From: Carcharhinus amblyrhynchos
Lineage: Eukaryota
NCBI GenBank assembly: GCA_965287045.1
Contig: OZ336891.1
Span: 30,566,001 to 30,630,000, forward strand
Direction: 5' to 3'
DNA length: 64,000 bases
A program made the position numbers and the translations under genes. The notes below the pieces were generated by a model. The model searched no databases, was not told the DNA's origin, and saw only the letters and a list, made by a program, of their open reading frames with translations. Of this stretch, positions 63,907 to 64,000 are shown piece by piece (position 1 is the stretch's first letter; each line of letters begins with the position of its first letter).

Positions 63907-64000
63907 AGAATATCAGTGGCAGCAGCATGAGCCCTTTGCACCATTTCTAATGACCATTTTGAAATGTCTGTAACATTTCTTTGCCCTCAACCACGTGTTG

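Noticed and set aside
55702-64000. LGR6 exon 6 (expected HLHNNRI...LETL)
   Set aside because: No match with proper splice sites found by eye; probably beyond the window.

Overview
Eukaryotic, repeat-rich genomic DNA from a shark (inferred from dense HE1-type V-SINEs and CR1 LINEs). The only host gene is LGR6 (R-spondin receptor, LRR-GPCR) on the minus strand. Twelve coding exons (equivalent to human exons 7-18) were traced with canonical GT-AG junctions and a continuous frame, from 55700 down to the stop at 14190; exons 1-6 were not found and probably lie beyond 64000. The rest is intron or 3' flank filled with CR1, Rex1-like and L2-like LINE fragments, tRNA-derived SINEs, PIF/Harbinger MITEs and Penelope-like elements (PLEs) carrying minimal hammerhead ribozyme motifs. 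There is a 130-N gap at 923-1052. The most unusual observation is a young CR1 LINE whose ~530-nt 3' UTR contains a whole degenerate V-SINE, two hairpins with compensatory changes and a splice-acceptor-like motif, with a diverged sister copy at 77-580. Also notable are several PLE insertions with fold-back or stuttered structures, and a near-identical 201-bp duplication bracketing exon 8. All family names come from recalled consensus similarity and all alignments and folds were done by eye; no searches were run.
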